Below, one piece after another: positions 1-15,434 of a DNA stretch of 64,000 bases (position 1 is its first letter; the number at the start of each line of letters is the position of its first letter). A program made the translations under genes and the position numbers. The stretch covers positions 40,610,001 through 40,674,000 of the forward strand of contig NC_045138.2 of NCBI RefSeq assembly GCF_008831285.2, in the 5' to 3' direction. Source of the stretch: Nymphaea colorata. Lineage: Eukaryota. Under the pieces are notes generated by a model. The model searched no databases and was not told the origin of the DNA. It saw only the letters and a program-made list of their open reading frames with translations.

Positions 1-2123
1 GTAGTGAATATTGGTTGCCTCTGCTTCCATTGGAAGATCCTTTTCCACCAGAGTAAGTTTATAATGCCTGGGGCTTCTATTACTATTTTCTAACTATTCC
101 AACTAATATAGGTATCTATGTGTATGCTGGTTGGATTATTGTCTTCTAGTAATACTTCCTCATGGTATTTGTTGATGGTGAAGTACTTTGTAAGCATTCA
201 GAATCCATAATTTTCGCGTATTTTGTGGGCCCTAACATGTCCAACTATAGTAGATTGAGCTATATCAAAACGGATTCTTGTGGCCTTTAGCTGGTCTTCA
301 ATTTTGCTTGTATTCAGAGATTGGGCGTTTTGCTTTTGTGGCAGTTCTTGATTGGGTGGTTTCTTTCAGTTATTATTCATAAAATTTCTGTATTTTGGAC
401 CTGTGTCAGTAGAAACACTAAGGTTTCCATATGTGAAGTTTTGCATGTGAAGTTCATAGTAATCTTGTTTGTGGTACTCTGATTGTTCAGTTACTTCTAT
501 GAGGTATTATTCCTCTTCTGTTGCTATGAGATGGTGGCACTGTCTATCCCATGTTCTTCATAGTGGGTACATGGGCAGCAGTAGATATCTGGTGCACTAT
601 GTGTCAGTGTTACAAGCCAGCACTTCCTGCAACGTTTGCATTTTAGGTGTTCTATCTTTATTGTTACCAGTACGCATTCTTTGTAGTCTGCATGCAACTT
701 CCCAATCCCATAACTTTTGTTCTATTTCTAATGTGTGTGAACTATGAGATGGACAATTGTTCCCTGCAAGCGGAAGCTGACTAGAGATATGTAGCAGGGC
801 TATAGTATAAGACATATTCTGAAGGGTACTTCTAGGCAAAGTATATGGGAGTCAGGACTCAGGAGTGATTTGTGTGTCTTTATGGTCCATAGCAGACATA
901 GCAGATCACTGAACCTTCTTTCTGTCTTGGTCGTCCTGTTTTCCTTAGATTTTGCTGCTTAAGCATCATTTACAGTTATTGAGTCATCATGGATGAATTC
1001 AGAGGGAATTATTGAGCAACAAAAGTCTATTGTCCATGCTGAGACAGGCATGAAAATGTGAATTTAGAAGTTGCACCAATTATTTCTTTGTGTGGTTTTG
1101 TTTTATATCCAAATGCCTTCTGATAGTTTCTTTAGTGTTATGCTCCGTGGGATTAAAAAAGAAAAGAAATTTTGGTGAAAGTATATGGTCTTGTTACTGT
1201 TAAGTAATTTTCTAAAGTTAATCTGAGTGAAGTGCTGAAGTTGCTTTAAGCAGTAAAAAGATTACCATGTAGCATGTACTTTAAGCATGAACTATATTCT
1301 TGACTTGTGTTTGTGGGTTGTGGTTGATCTTGTAGGTGCCGTATTGTGAAAATTCCTGCATAATTTGCATGTACAGGTTGTTTAATCTTATCTGATACCT
1401 AGTTTAGGTGTCTAATAAGTTGTTTTTACCTTAATATTGGATATGCAAATTTTGCTGTTCAGTGGATGTTTAAAGTGGTTGCAAGCTTTTGGGTGTTTTT
1501 CCCATCCTGTTCAATGGAAATTTCTAGTTTTCTTAGGCAGATAAAGCAACCACTCCTTTCATTTTCTTCTTTGTCGAATTCTTGAGTTCCTTCAACTGTT
1601 TCATTTTTTTTTCTGCTGATGGACGAGAAGAGTATTTATCTTAGCCTGAAAGTGGATGCCAAAAAGTTTAGGCACCTTTCTTGCAATAACTACTCAAGAA
1701 GTTCACAAGTGCATTCCATGGTGGAATATGTTTCTTTGAATGTTCAAATTCAATAGAGATTTATCCCATGCTACTTATTCATCACCCATTATTGTGCTGT
1801 ACTTGGGAGCTGACTTTGCTGACTTGCTTTTCTTTAATAGTTCATTCAGATGTGATCTTTCATGTTTAGTCGATGATTGATACTAGAAGACTAGAGATCC
1901 CAAACCTAACAGCATAAGCCATAACAACTTTAGACCATGTGACAAACACAGATACATTGACAGAAATGCACTGACATGTTCCTTGACAGCTTATTTTCTT
2001 GGTGAACTTGATGAAAAATTAAAATTCTACTTTTCAAAATTTGTTTCTGTGAACATTGTTATTAATTTGTTTTGGAGATCGTTAGCTGACAATATTGTTC
2101 AATGCATCCGGTCTACTTTTCAG

Positions 2124-4700
<2,577 letters not shown>

Positions 4701-5237
4701 TAGTCATTAATGGTCGTTAATACAAGTCTCTCTATCTCTCTCACATGTAAATATAGATATTATTATTATTTTATATAAGGGCAAGTGTGCGAGTCATGTA
4801 TGTTATGTTAATTATTTCCTCAATTGATTACATATTTTTTTAGTGTAAATGATCATTTTTTATTGTTGGAAATCTAATCGCAGCCAAATAATTTAACCAG
4901 CAGGGGCAGAGCTGACTATACGGATTTTTTACGTTTGGTACCCTTTGGTGAAAATCTCAGTGGAATTCTGCCCGATCTTGATGAGATCAAGTTCTCCGGT
5001 TGGTCTTCTGGCGCTGGAGTGGTTGGAGACATGATGGTGAAGTGGGGAATATATTTCCAAAAATGGCGGCACCATCAGCCACAGACTGTCTCCAGCGTGG
5101 CGGCCCTCCCTGTTATACTGTCTCTGTACTTCCTGCTTGAGCTGTCTGTGTCAAGTCATCTTTAGTACTGGGGCTTTTCACACTTTTTATAACATCTGTT
5201 GCTCAGTCCTCTGAAAAGGCGAATGTATTTCTTTGAA

Positions 5238-6364
5238 GTCTTGTTTTCTTGGAACGGGTAGTAAAAGAGCAGTTCATGCGAGAGAGAGAAGCCAAGTGTT
5301 TTTCACCACCTTGTAAATTCCTCAAACACTCTAGGCTGGGGGTCAACGGAGCAGTTCATGCGAGAGAGAGAAGCCACGTGTTTTTCACCACTCTGTAAGT
5401 TCCTCAAACACACTAGGCCTGGGAATGGAGGTTTCCCCCTAAAACAAGGAAAGAACTGGCCTTTTCTGGAAATTTGACATGAAAACTTTCCGAAAATCTT
5501 TTTGGACAAATTTGCTGTTCATGTTTGCATGAAGAGACAGGTGACACAAAAATAAATGGACTTAATAGAATGCTCGTAGCATTTGAAAGAGAACGAGGGG
5601 AAAAGGCACAAAGGAGTTGGGGGTGTGGAATTTTAAATGCATCGCTCGTAGGTGGAATTTTAAATGCATCGCTCGTAGGGTCTTTGTTTTCATGGAACGG
5701 GTAAAGCAGTGGTCTCATGCGAGAGAGAGAAGCCACGTGTTTTTCACCACCCTGTGAGTTCCTCAAACACTAGGCCTGGGAATGGGTTTCCCCCTAAAAC
5801 AAGGAAAGAACTAGCCTTTCTGGAAATTTGATTTGAAAATTTTCCGAAATTTTTTTGGACAAATTTGCTGTTCATGTTTGCACGAAGAGACAGGTTATGA
5901 CACAACAAATAAATGGACTTAATAGAATGCTCGTAGCATTTGAAAGAGAACGAGGGGAAAAGGCACAAAGGAGTTGGGGGTGTGGAATTTTAAATGCATC
6001 GCTCGTAGGTGGAATTTTAAATGCATCGCTCGTAGGGTCTTTGTTTTCATGGAACGGGTAAAGCAGTGGTCTCATGCGAGAGAGAGAAGCCACGTGTTTT
6101 TCACCACCCTGTGAGTTCCTCAAACACTAGACCTGGGAATGGGTTTCCCCCTAAAACAAGGAAAGAACTAGCCTTTCTGGAAATTTGATTTGAAAATTTT
6201 CCGAAATTTTTTTTGGACAAATTTGCTGTTCATGTTTGCACGAAGAGACAGGTTATGACACAACAAATAAATGGACTTAATAGAATGCTCGTAGCATTTG
6301 AAAGAGAACGAGGGGAAAAGGCACAAAGGAGTTGGGGGTGTGGAATTTTGAATGCATCGCTCGT
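5238..6364. repeat. Tandem triplication of a ~355-bp unit with internal sub-duplications
   Basis: The anchor GGACAAATTTGCTGTTCATG occurs at 5504, 5857 and 6215 (periods 353 and 358). A 27-bp GTGGAATTTTAAATGCATCGCTCGTAG is doubled inside the first two units. The repeated ORF-track peptides (5413-5766, 5872-6123) reflect this repeat. Confidence 0.95.
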
Positions 6365-6437
6365 TTATGTCATATTTAACAGAATGCGTTGCACATTCGC
6401 TGTGAAAGAACAGCATGCATGTGGATTCGGATTTCAG

Positions 6438-6475
<38 letters not shown>

Positions 6476-6679
6476 GTACAGGCTAGAGAGAGCTGGCTGA
6501 TCAGTAATGTTTCCTTCGATTAAGTTCATAAGGTGCAGATACAAACAGATGAGGAAAGCACACAATGGGCCCAAGAGCATAAAGACAAGATAAAGAATTG
6601 TTGGCCTCAAAAAGAAGTATCAATCCTTTTAACAGAGGGAGGCAACTGAATGTAGCTGTATATGACAAGAAACAGACAG

Positions 6680-8585
6680 CTAGACGACTCCACCTGAAAG
6701 CTTGTGCCGCTGCATTTCTACTGATTTCCTGAATTCTGCGAATGAACACAGCAGATGCCCATGAGGTAATTGAAAGCAAATGTGATGCAAGATTACACAC
6801 ATTCAATAATCTCAACCATCAAATATGCAGTAAACTCTGTACATTCAATCACAACCATCAATGTGTGAGGAAAATAAATAATGACAGAGTACTAATGCTA
6901 TGCATGTTTAGTTTCAGACTCTCCAATGTCTACGCGCCAAGGAGAAGGAACCGAATTGCATGCGAACTTCCACAACTGGTTGTCACAGGAGGAAATCGCA
7001 TCTTCTGCGTGTACTAAAGGTAAAAAATTTGACAGACGTTCACAGTGGAGAGAGAAACGCATCTTCAGGCTTGAAAAGAAAAGTCCAAGATCGATTGTTC
7101 TTTTGCTAAAATCAATCTTCTGCTGACGGAAAGCAAGGCTAAGGGGTAGGCTTAGTACGGTCACACGTACTAAGAAAAGGTCCCATGTGATTTGTCTTTT
7201 TTCTAAAACCAATCTTCTATGTGGAAGCCTGAGGGGCAGAGCTGGTACGGTCATATATGTGCATAATTCCTCTCATCTAAGAGCAATGTGGTTTCTTTTG
7301 GCAGCAAAACATAAGCCAAATTGGAAGTACCTTCTTGGTTGCTCCACAGTGCAGCAGCTGAAGTATTTAGTGGGGAGTCATTATTTGGTTCTGAAAATCG
7401 CGCGCGCGCGAGAGAGAGGTTAGAAGCTTTTGATATTTTCTATTAGTGCGAAAAAGGCATACGGAAATATGAAAAGAAAAAGAAAACGAGCATTCCTTAC
7501 CTCCGAGCAGGCTTTGAATTGACAGTAAAATTGTCCTAACATCATACGCAGATGACCATTTGTCCTAACAAAATTAACAATGGACATACTAAATTTTAGA
7601 TGATTGTTGCTACACTCCAAGAATGGAACGAAGAAAACGGAAAGGGAAAAATAATAGTTACCTGAAGAATGTCCAAGCAGATGTTACCGGAGGTGTCAAC
7701 ATTGGGATGGAAGCACATCGTGTCAAATTTCACCTTCGGTGGCTTAAAGGGATACTCTGTAGAAAATGTCAGTGAGAGCCTGTAGACCATGCCTTCATAC
7801 ACAGTGTCTTTGCTTCCTGTAATGGTTCCTTTCCAGCAGAAGATGTTGTCTCCTTCAGGAAATGCAGAAATTCCGGGTTCGCCACTCATCTACGACGTTC
7901 AAGAAGGGGTGTGAGTAAAGCATCACAAAAGAGAGAGGAAAACACAGAATCGAACTAGGAGCTAACTTGGAAGTGTGATGGTCTGGAAAACTTACCATCA
8001 ATGCCATTAACTCAGATTGCAACCTGATTGTAGCCAGCAAAATTTAGATAAATTGTTAGATACCACAAAAAAGATCCGAGGAAGGGATCGCAAGATAGAA
8101 ACAAGAAGCAAAAGAAACATGATTCTCATAGATAACAACCATCGATTGATTCCCCGAGAAAAAAAGAGACGGTGGCTTCACATAGAAAAAAGGAAACGAA
8201 AAACCATTATAGGGAGCAAATTCATAACCAAACGAAATGGCTAAAAATCGAAGCTCTTAATAGAAGACAAAAAGAAAAGGTAACAAATAGAGAAAACCGA
8301 AGCGCTTAAAAAAGTTCAAAGAAACATAAAAGTAGACCCAGAAAAGGGGCGACCAATTCGTTGAAAACAGAGAGGAAGAAGGAAGGCGAACTGAACTGAA
8401 CATGCGAAAGAAACATGAGGAAGACGAATCGGAGACCTTCGAGTCACAGAATGGCTGTCTACGCTTTTGGCGGTCATCTGAGGCTGCTTTGCTGGAGCAG
8501 ACGAAATTGGCGGTACGACCGGCGTGTTATCTTGATGTTCCACCGATCTTTGACGGGTTGCATCTGAATAACTAGCGGGAGCCAT
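6680..8585 (-). CDS. UBC19/UBC20: Ubiquitin-conjugating enzyme E2-C type (UBC19/UBC20, APC/C partner), 194 aa
   Basis: Six GT-AG exons: 8585-8437, 8023-7996, 7889-7662, 7564-7501, 7390-7331, 6735-6680 (585 nt). Translation ...[42 protein letters not shown]...[66 protein letters not shown]...* has the HPN motif, the catalytic Cys and the N-terminal extension typical of E2-C. Confidence 0.96.
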
Positions 8586-8686
8586 TCTTGAAGCTTAGAG
8601 ATGCGGAAAAAGAAGACGAGAACGATTCTCACTTCGCGTCTTGTTCGCTACTCCTCTCCTCACAGCGGGGAACGATCTCCTCTTCT

Positions 8687-8723
<37 letters not shown>

Positions 8724-11520
8724 GGCGCAAGGGAGGCAACGGCGACCACTCTTATGAATTTCGAAAATTTTGAACGTTAGAGATGGACGGTGGTCATTAG
8801 TTCATCTCAACGTCTAGGTGAGATAATTGGCCAGAAAAAAAAAAAAAAAAAAGCTTGAACGGTCAACCTTGAGTTACTTGCCAAACCTGTGAGTTACTTG
8901 CCAAACCTTTTGCTTTCGAATAATTGGGTCCATTTAGACAACAGGCACAGAATATCCGGACCCGTTCAAGCTGGAAACAAATGAAATTGGATTCATCAAG
9001 TGGTTCCACATGGACCATTTTTGTGGGGATCGAACCGGACAACGGATGGGGTCCTTGCTTTTCATTCGGATCCAAATCCGAGCTAACTTGGCTTCATCCC
9101 CTAACTTTATGAATGAGGATCAAGGTGAAAATAAATGAGTTTGGGTATGGCAGTTGATCAAACAGTTGTGGTTTAAGAGATTTCACACCAAACGCGGTTC
9201 CATCTCATCTGGACCTTGGCATGCGTTTGTCTGAAACAATTGAACTACATACACTGTTTCACCAAATGCAAACCTAAAGATTTTGCAGTAGCAGAATCTC
9301 AAATCTGTCTAGAATTGAAGAAGAGTCACTTACCGTTTTTAAATATGTTATAAATAGTTCTTCAAAATAAAAGAAAACAATAAAATAATTCAGATATGTT
9401 CAAGCGTGAGGTGATGCTTGGGGTTTCCCAATTCTTGGGGAAAGTGGGAAGTACCTTAGGTTATAATTTCAAAACATACATCTTTGGGTTCTCAAGATAT
9501 TTCCGAAGAAAATTTCAGTGTCACTATTCCGACACGCACAGGCCTTGTCACAATGTCAACACAATCTTAAATCTCAAGTGAATGTACTCACCATTTAATG
9601 CAAAATCTCCATAAGGATCATGTCCTGCTCAACTGTTTGAACTAAATTCACTTTGACAGATAGCAGAACATCATTCAGCATGACTTTGTGAATCATCGAC
9701 TCGGCAACAGGCCGCAATGACAAACAGAACATAATAATCGAGAAGACCCTAACGAACATCAAGTCCAGGGCAGAGTGAACCAAGTTAGCGGATATAATCT
9801 TTTCGAGAAGATAATATGAAGCTCATAAAATAGCAACAGCTTCCCCACACTTGCTGGCTCCCTCGCTTATCATGCCACTGGCCTTTAGAATATACAGAGA
9901 TTTAATTGCCAACAATGATACAAGTACTTAAGGCAGTGTTTGATGCACAGGAAAATTCCTTTGCATCGGGGTAAACTTCATGTTTTTGTACGGTTCTTCC
10001 GCTGTGCACATGAAGTTTTTAACGTGGAAAATTGGTACGACGAGGGTAAAGCCAGAGGTTCGATTTTTTTCTGCAGATTTTTTCAGTGGCCGTTAGGACT
10101 CTCTCGTCTCTCTTTCTCGCTACTCCTTTCCCTCTCTCGAAGCCAGAACGTTATTTTCTTCCTTGCCCTCCTTCGCGCTGCGTCCGTGGTAACGTCGGGT
10201 AAGGTAACCTTCCTTCTCCCCTCTCTCCCTCTGTTTCTACTATGTGTTTGCCCTAATCCATTTCGATCACTCCAGGTGAGTTGCCATTAAGAATTTCCAA
10301 CGAATGCTCCGTGAGTCAAGGAAGAAGCTGTGTTTGTTCATGACTAGCTGAAGCAATCTGCAGTACTACTTGCCTTCAACAAGTTATATTTTTGCTTGTT
10401 GACTATGCAATCACGTTTAACCGGATTTCTTAGTTTGTTGTTTGCTTTGGTTAAACGAAGATGCTTCTTGTTTCTTCTTTCTGTTAACAAGTGTCTTAGA
10501 TTGTTGTTTAATCGGATTGGATGCTTCTTTCTTCTTCTTGCGAATAGGTGTTCTAGGCTTCTAGCTTCAATTTTTTCCTGTACTCGATGTTTATTCCTTA
10601 GGTGGAAATCCTATTTGAAAATAAGAAAATGAAATGAAGCTTCCCTCTGTAAACAAGTTACTGTAAACGTCAGAGTGGCCTCGTACTCTTAATGGAAATT
10701 GAAGAAAATTAATCATGTATAGCTCATTGCTGGGCTGCAATTCTTTGTTGAAAGGATTCATGGTGGCCGTTAGCATCTTGTTTCTTGTTCGATTGATTCA
10801 GTAGTTTACTCATGAACTGTCAATGAGGACAAAAGCTCGTCGTATCGGAAATGTAGGTCAAGAACCATGGCTTGTTTATGCTATTAATCAGTATCATTAT
10901 GCTAACCATTTTATTTGGTTGTCCCATAAAAAATGGGGGCGTACGCTATACACAAAGATCGTACTCCTGTCTCCTGTGTAAGGCCGATATTACCATTTCA
11001 AATCTCTTCGTTTGGTAGATGAGAGATTCAAATTAGAGAGTTCCTCTTGTTTAATTAGACCTTTTCATGTTTGCTGTGGAAAAGTCGACATCATCTTCAT
11101 TTCAGATTTGTTAGCAGGAGAACTACGTCTGCTTCTTGGCAGTAGGTGTTTTAGCTTCATCCTTTACCTCTTGAAGAGTATCAAAAGCACCAGTCTTGCA
11201 TTAACAAGAGAAAGAAAAAAACATCTTCCAAATTATACCCACTTGAAAATAGAGAACAACATATGTCATATACCCACTTAAAAATGGAGAACAACATATG
11301 TCATATGAAGCTTTGGTAGATCCAAGCCACATTTCATACCCACCAGGTGGAAGAACAGCTTAATTTAAAGGCATACAACGGTCACCTAAAAAAGTCGTAG
11401 ATTTATTTTACTCTGTGCACCAAACACAATTCACAATTAGTTTTTACCATGCAAAAAAACTATCCTCTCATCAAACAGGGCTTTCAAATGATAAACTTAC
11501 CATTCCAAATTATTGGGCCT

Positions 11521-11563
<43 letters not shown>

Positions 11564-12908
11564 AATTAATTTTACAATAATAAAACTTTTGATGGGCTCG
11601 TCATATGTCAAGTCACCGATGCTCACTGAAAAGTTGATGCTATTTTCAAAAAAATTTACAACTGCGATGTCAATACGCAGAAAGTTCCGCTCATGATGCT
11701 TTAAATAGTAGGAAGAAAGGTTTGGACAACCCAACGCAATAAGATAATCACATGAAACCTGAACTGGAAGTCCCTGCGTTCCCCAAGGACCGAACCATGT
11801 TTGGCAAGAAACAGCAGAGCAGACAAGAACTTGGCGTGTGAAGCTTGAAAACAAGCTAAAACTGATAATGGGAGAAAAGATATTCGACAATAATGTGGAT
11901 GGAAATGAAACCTAATCAAACACAATAGCAGGATGCCACCACGATATCTTTTCCCTGATCAGACAAAAAAACAAAAATCAGGAAGGTAGGAAGCAACAGT
12001 CCCTGATTAGGTAGGATAGAAATCTAACATAATTGAGACTTGAGAGAGAGAGACAGAGATAGGGTGGGGTGGAACCTGCTGCATGTCTCTTTCAGCACTC
12101 AGCAGTCACCTTTAAGTAGACGGAGGATTACACGACAAAAATGAAAAAAGAGGTCCTACTTTCCTTACGGAGATCCTGTATATATGTCATCTCAAACGAG
12201 GTACAAGCAGATGTTGAGGATAAGACACCTTCCTACTGCCTCTCCCTTGTGCATGTTGCAACAGCATGGCCGTTCAAATACACTCCACACCTAGACAACA
12301 AACTAGGTTTTGGACCACAATTGAAGTTTTCAGCATATTCACACACCTCAATAAAATATGCCTACTTCAAGGTAATTGTATGTTTTTCTGCTCTAGTAAC
12401 TGCACGAATGTGATCTCAACCAGCACTTACAATGCTTGATTATGCTGTATGCACCGATGTTTATAGCAATTTAAAATCAACTCGGCCTAAAATTTTCAGA
12501 AATATCCTAGCCACAAAAATCATATTTATGTTCCACATACCTATGCTATCATAAGAAATGCGACTGGAGTGCCAGATTAGCTAAAACAATTTATAGGACT
12601 GTCAAAAAGTCGGGCACATCTAGTAGGCATATGTCAGCTACTCTTCGTACAAGTAACATGAAGGTAGGCATTCACTCGATCATATCATATTACGGCCTTT
12701 TCAACAAGCTTTCAACGCCACAAAAGAGCTATGACAATAACGTACTTCAACAAGCATTTTATTTCTGGACTTTAAGGTCTGATACGAGATTTTTACAGAA
12801 AATTTTGTGAGATTCTTGTGAAACTGGCATGACTTTCTTAGACAACCAATATCCGCAGGCTTTTAGATTCCCGTGTTTGACACAGCACAGCACATGGCGC
12901 ACCGATGC

Positions 12909-12950
<42 letters not shown>

Positions 12951-13365
12951 AATGCACGAGTCACCTGCATACCTTTGCCTAGTCTCTCTAGTGCATGCCA
13001 AGGCCTACACAATTTTCAGGGTATATACCACATCTGCTAAAATCTCGTCCCAAAATGAACAACATATCTGCTACCAAATCCCGGACTGAGTCCCTCTGAT
13101 TGACAAAACCCAGAACCAAACAAAGAAAAAATTCAAAAAGATGTAATACCAAGTCAACCACCATCATTAAAACTTTTACAGCAATAAAGAATATAGAGAT
13201 GCACAAAACAAACCTATTTATGTACAAGAAAGGCCCATCTGCTCTTACAAAACCAATCAGCTTTTGATCAGCATCCAGCAGATGGTTTCCGTCATGTGTT
13301 TCTCCATATGGTTGAGGACACTAACCAAGCAACTCCTCATATCACATGCAAGACCGACAAAAGGA

Positions 13366-15147
13366 TCACTTCCCCACCAGAGCTCTTTCATGAGTGAAAT
13401 GATCAGTTCTCTTACGCCCACCGCAATTCCACCAATCTTCGGTGGTCGCTGGAAAGATCTCGCCAGGGCTAGATTGATAACGTTTATACCTAGATCCATA
13501 CCGCCCACCTCCTTCTCTTTTTCGACCGCTACCATTAGTAACGGCCCAATTTCTCTTACCTTGTTCTGCAGGGTCATAGCTGCTAAACTGGGTGAGTCCA
13601 TGATTCCAATCGTGGCATTTCCATGAACTGACATAATCATTTCCCCAACTACATTCAGGCCAATTGTGAGGGCTTGCATCGTCCCACCCTGAACTTGGAA
13701 TCGGAACATTATCCTTATTCCCAGGTGCAAAATCCACACTATCCCATGAGTTACGAACTTGTGTGGCTTGTCCATTATTTTTAAAGTCATCTTTCCATCG
13801 ATTTGACTCTGCAGTACAGTTGTTCACACCACGAGCCCAATCATCACCATCACCCCATCCTGAACAGGGGAAGAGGTTATTACCTTGATGGCATGAAAAA
13901 ACGACAAAATTCTCCCAGTTGTTGCCCGTCGATCCCGGTTGCTCGCTGTTCAGTGAATCACCTTTACTTTTTTCTGCAACAATAGGTTCTTGTTGCTCCA
14001 AGGCTAATAACAGCTCGGGATCAACATCATCAATCGAATCCCAGTCAATTTCGTCAATATAGATGTCTGGATCGGGAAGAGAAACATCACATGGGAGGCC
14101 ATTAATTTTCGCCCAGAAGCGTTTCTTAGCATTAGAGAATGCTTCCTCTCCAGCAGAATCATTCCATTGAACTACATTTTCATATAAAGGCATAATTTTC
14201 TTAGCTTCGCAAACTTTCCACCATGGGATCAAGCAGACAGTTGCACAGAATTCCTTCTCCCAGGCAGGAACAGTTGGCTTCCAAGAACCTAAGAAAGAAT
14301 TCCCAAGACAAGTTAGAAGCCCGGAGAGAATATATAAAAAAGGAAAAACGTGAAAGGGAAGATAAACATTCTCCACCGTAGGAAGTGGAAATAGTAATCA
14401 AGCAGCATCTTTCGGAAAGTAACACCGAATTAGAAGTCTGATTTCCACCTTCAACAAAACCTAAAGCTAACCAATCCCTACCAAGCCTACAATCTGAATC
14501 GGAAAAAGAAAAAGGAGTAGATTCAATACGTTTCTAGAAAACATAACCCCCCACAGTGAAACAACAAAGGCATCTGCAACAAACAACACTAAAAACAGAG
14601 GAGGAGAACCGCACTTGGAAATCAAAAGAAAATAAACAAAAAGAGATGAGAAATTTGAAAGAAACCAGAAAAAGTAAACGATAAATCGAACAACAAAATT
14701 GAACATCCAGTTCACATCCAAATTTAGTAAGAACGCACAGTTTTCTTCAACTTAAATGACAACGGGAAAAAAAAAGAGGATTTCAAGCATCAAAACATAC
14801 ACTTTCTTTTAAAAAGGGAAAACTCACCCGGCTACCTCTCCGCCAAAACCCTGATAAGAGGAAAAATTTATATATATATATAACAAAACCACGATAAGAC
14901 CCAAAGCATCTTCAGCCTCCAAAACCCTAACCATCCAATGCATACCTCTAACCGAGACAACGGTCTCCCCCTTCCCCAATCACCAAAACAAGAAAGAAAA
15001 ATTCAGACAAGAAACGAAAAAAGAAAAAAGACATAAAAGAGAAGTACTAACGAATTCAATAATACCTATGGGCGGTTTTCTACATCTCTGTTTGGAGGAT
15101 GACGGCTTCCTCCCTGGAAACTCCCTCGATCCCCTCCAGTCGCCCAT
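13366..15147 (-). CDS. Uncharacterised plant protein, 334 aa (conserved VPxWEKxFC...WNDSAGEEAF...LPDPDIYIDEIDW domain, then a W/G/N/D-rich disordered tail)
   Basis: Exon 1 15147-15066 (MGDWRGSREF...KPPI, donor GTATT) and exon 2 14288-13366 (acceptor TTCTTAG) total 1005 nt in frame. A TATA-like CTTATATAAAG lies on the - strand at ~15435-15445. From memory it resembles the family annotated 'FK506-binding-like' in Arabidopsis; not verified. Confidence 0.85.
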
Positions 15148-15434
15148 TCCCAATCCCCGCGAACGCCTTCCCAACCAAACAAAGAAGCCAAGGAAACAGA
15201 ATCCCCCCGGCAGTATCTGATGCCGGAACTACAATCCCACCAAAGAAAGCAATCCGCCGATCGAGCTTCTGAATCCAGGAAACAAAACGAATCTGCCAAA
15301 CAACGGAAGGCCTCCAAGAAATCTTTGCACACAATGAAAGGAACAATTGAGAAAGAAGAAGAAGGAAGAAGAGGAAGAGATTGTTGCTGCTTTCGGACTC
15401 CTTTCCGGGGTCACCGTCGAAGCACCAAGGGCGC

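Noticed and set aside
1..60. Donor-like GA|GTAAGT at ~53 as a possible hexokinase exon end
   Set aside because: No frame resembles the expected upstream hexokinase exon (..LIKWTKGF..), so it is treated as intron.
5238..6364. Repeat array as CRISPR-like
   Set aside because: The context is eukaryotic and the units are whole duplications without unique spacers.
5303..6500. Several repeated 68-117 aa ORFs
   Set aside because: They are products of the 355-bp tandem repeat, with frames not conserved between copies and no protein motifs.
9942..9967. Small hairpin GATGCACAGGAAAATTCCTTTGCATC
   Set aside because: Too short for a miRNA precursor and compatible with chance.
13257..13790. 177-aa - strand ORF overlapping the uncharacterised gene in another frame
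   Set aside because: It is an alternate frame of a low-complexity exon with no recognisable features.
15066..15346. 88-aa ORFs across the 5' leader as conserved-peptide uORFs; small CCGGCA/TGCCGG hairpin at ~15207-15226
   Set aside because: The leader has no AUG and the ORFs start at TTG/GTG only. The stem is just 6 bp, and I have no conservation evidence.
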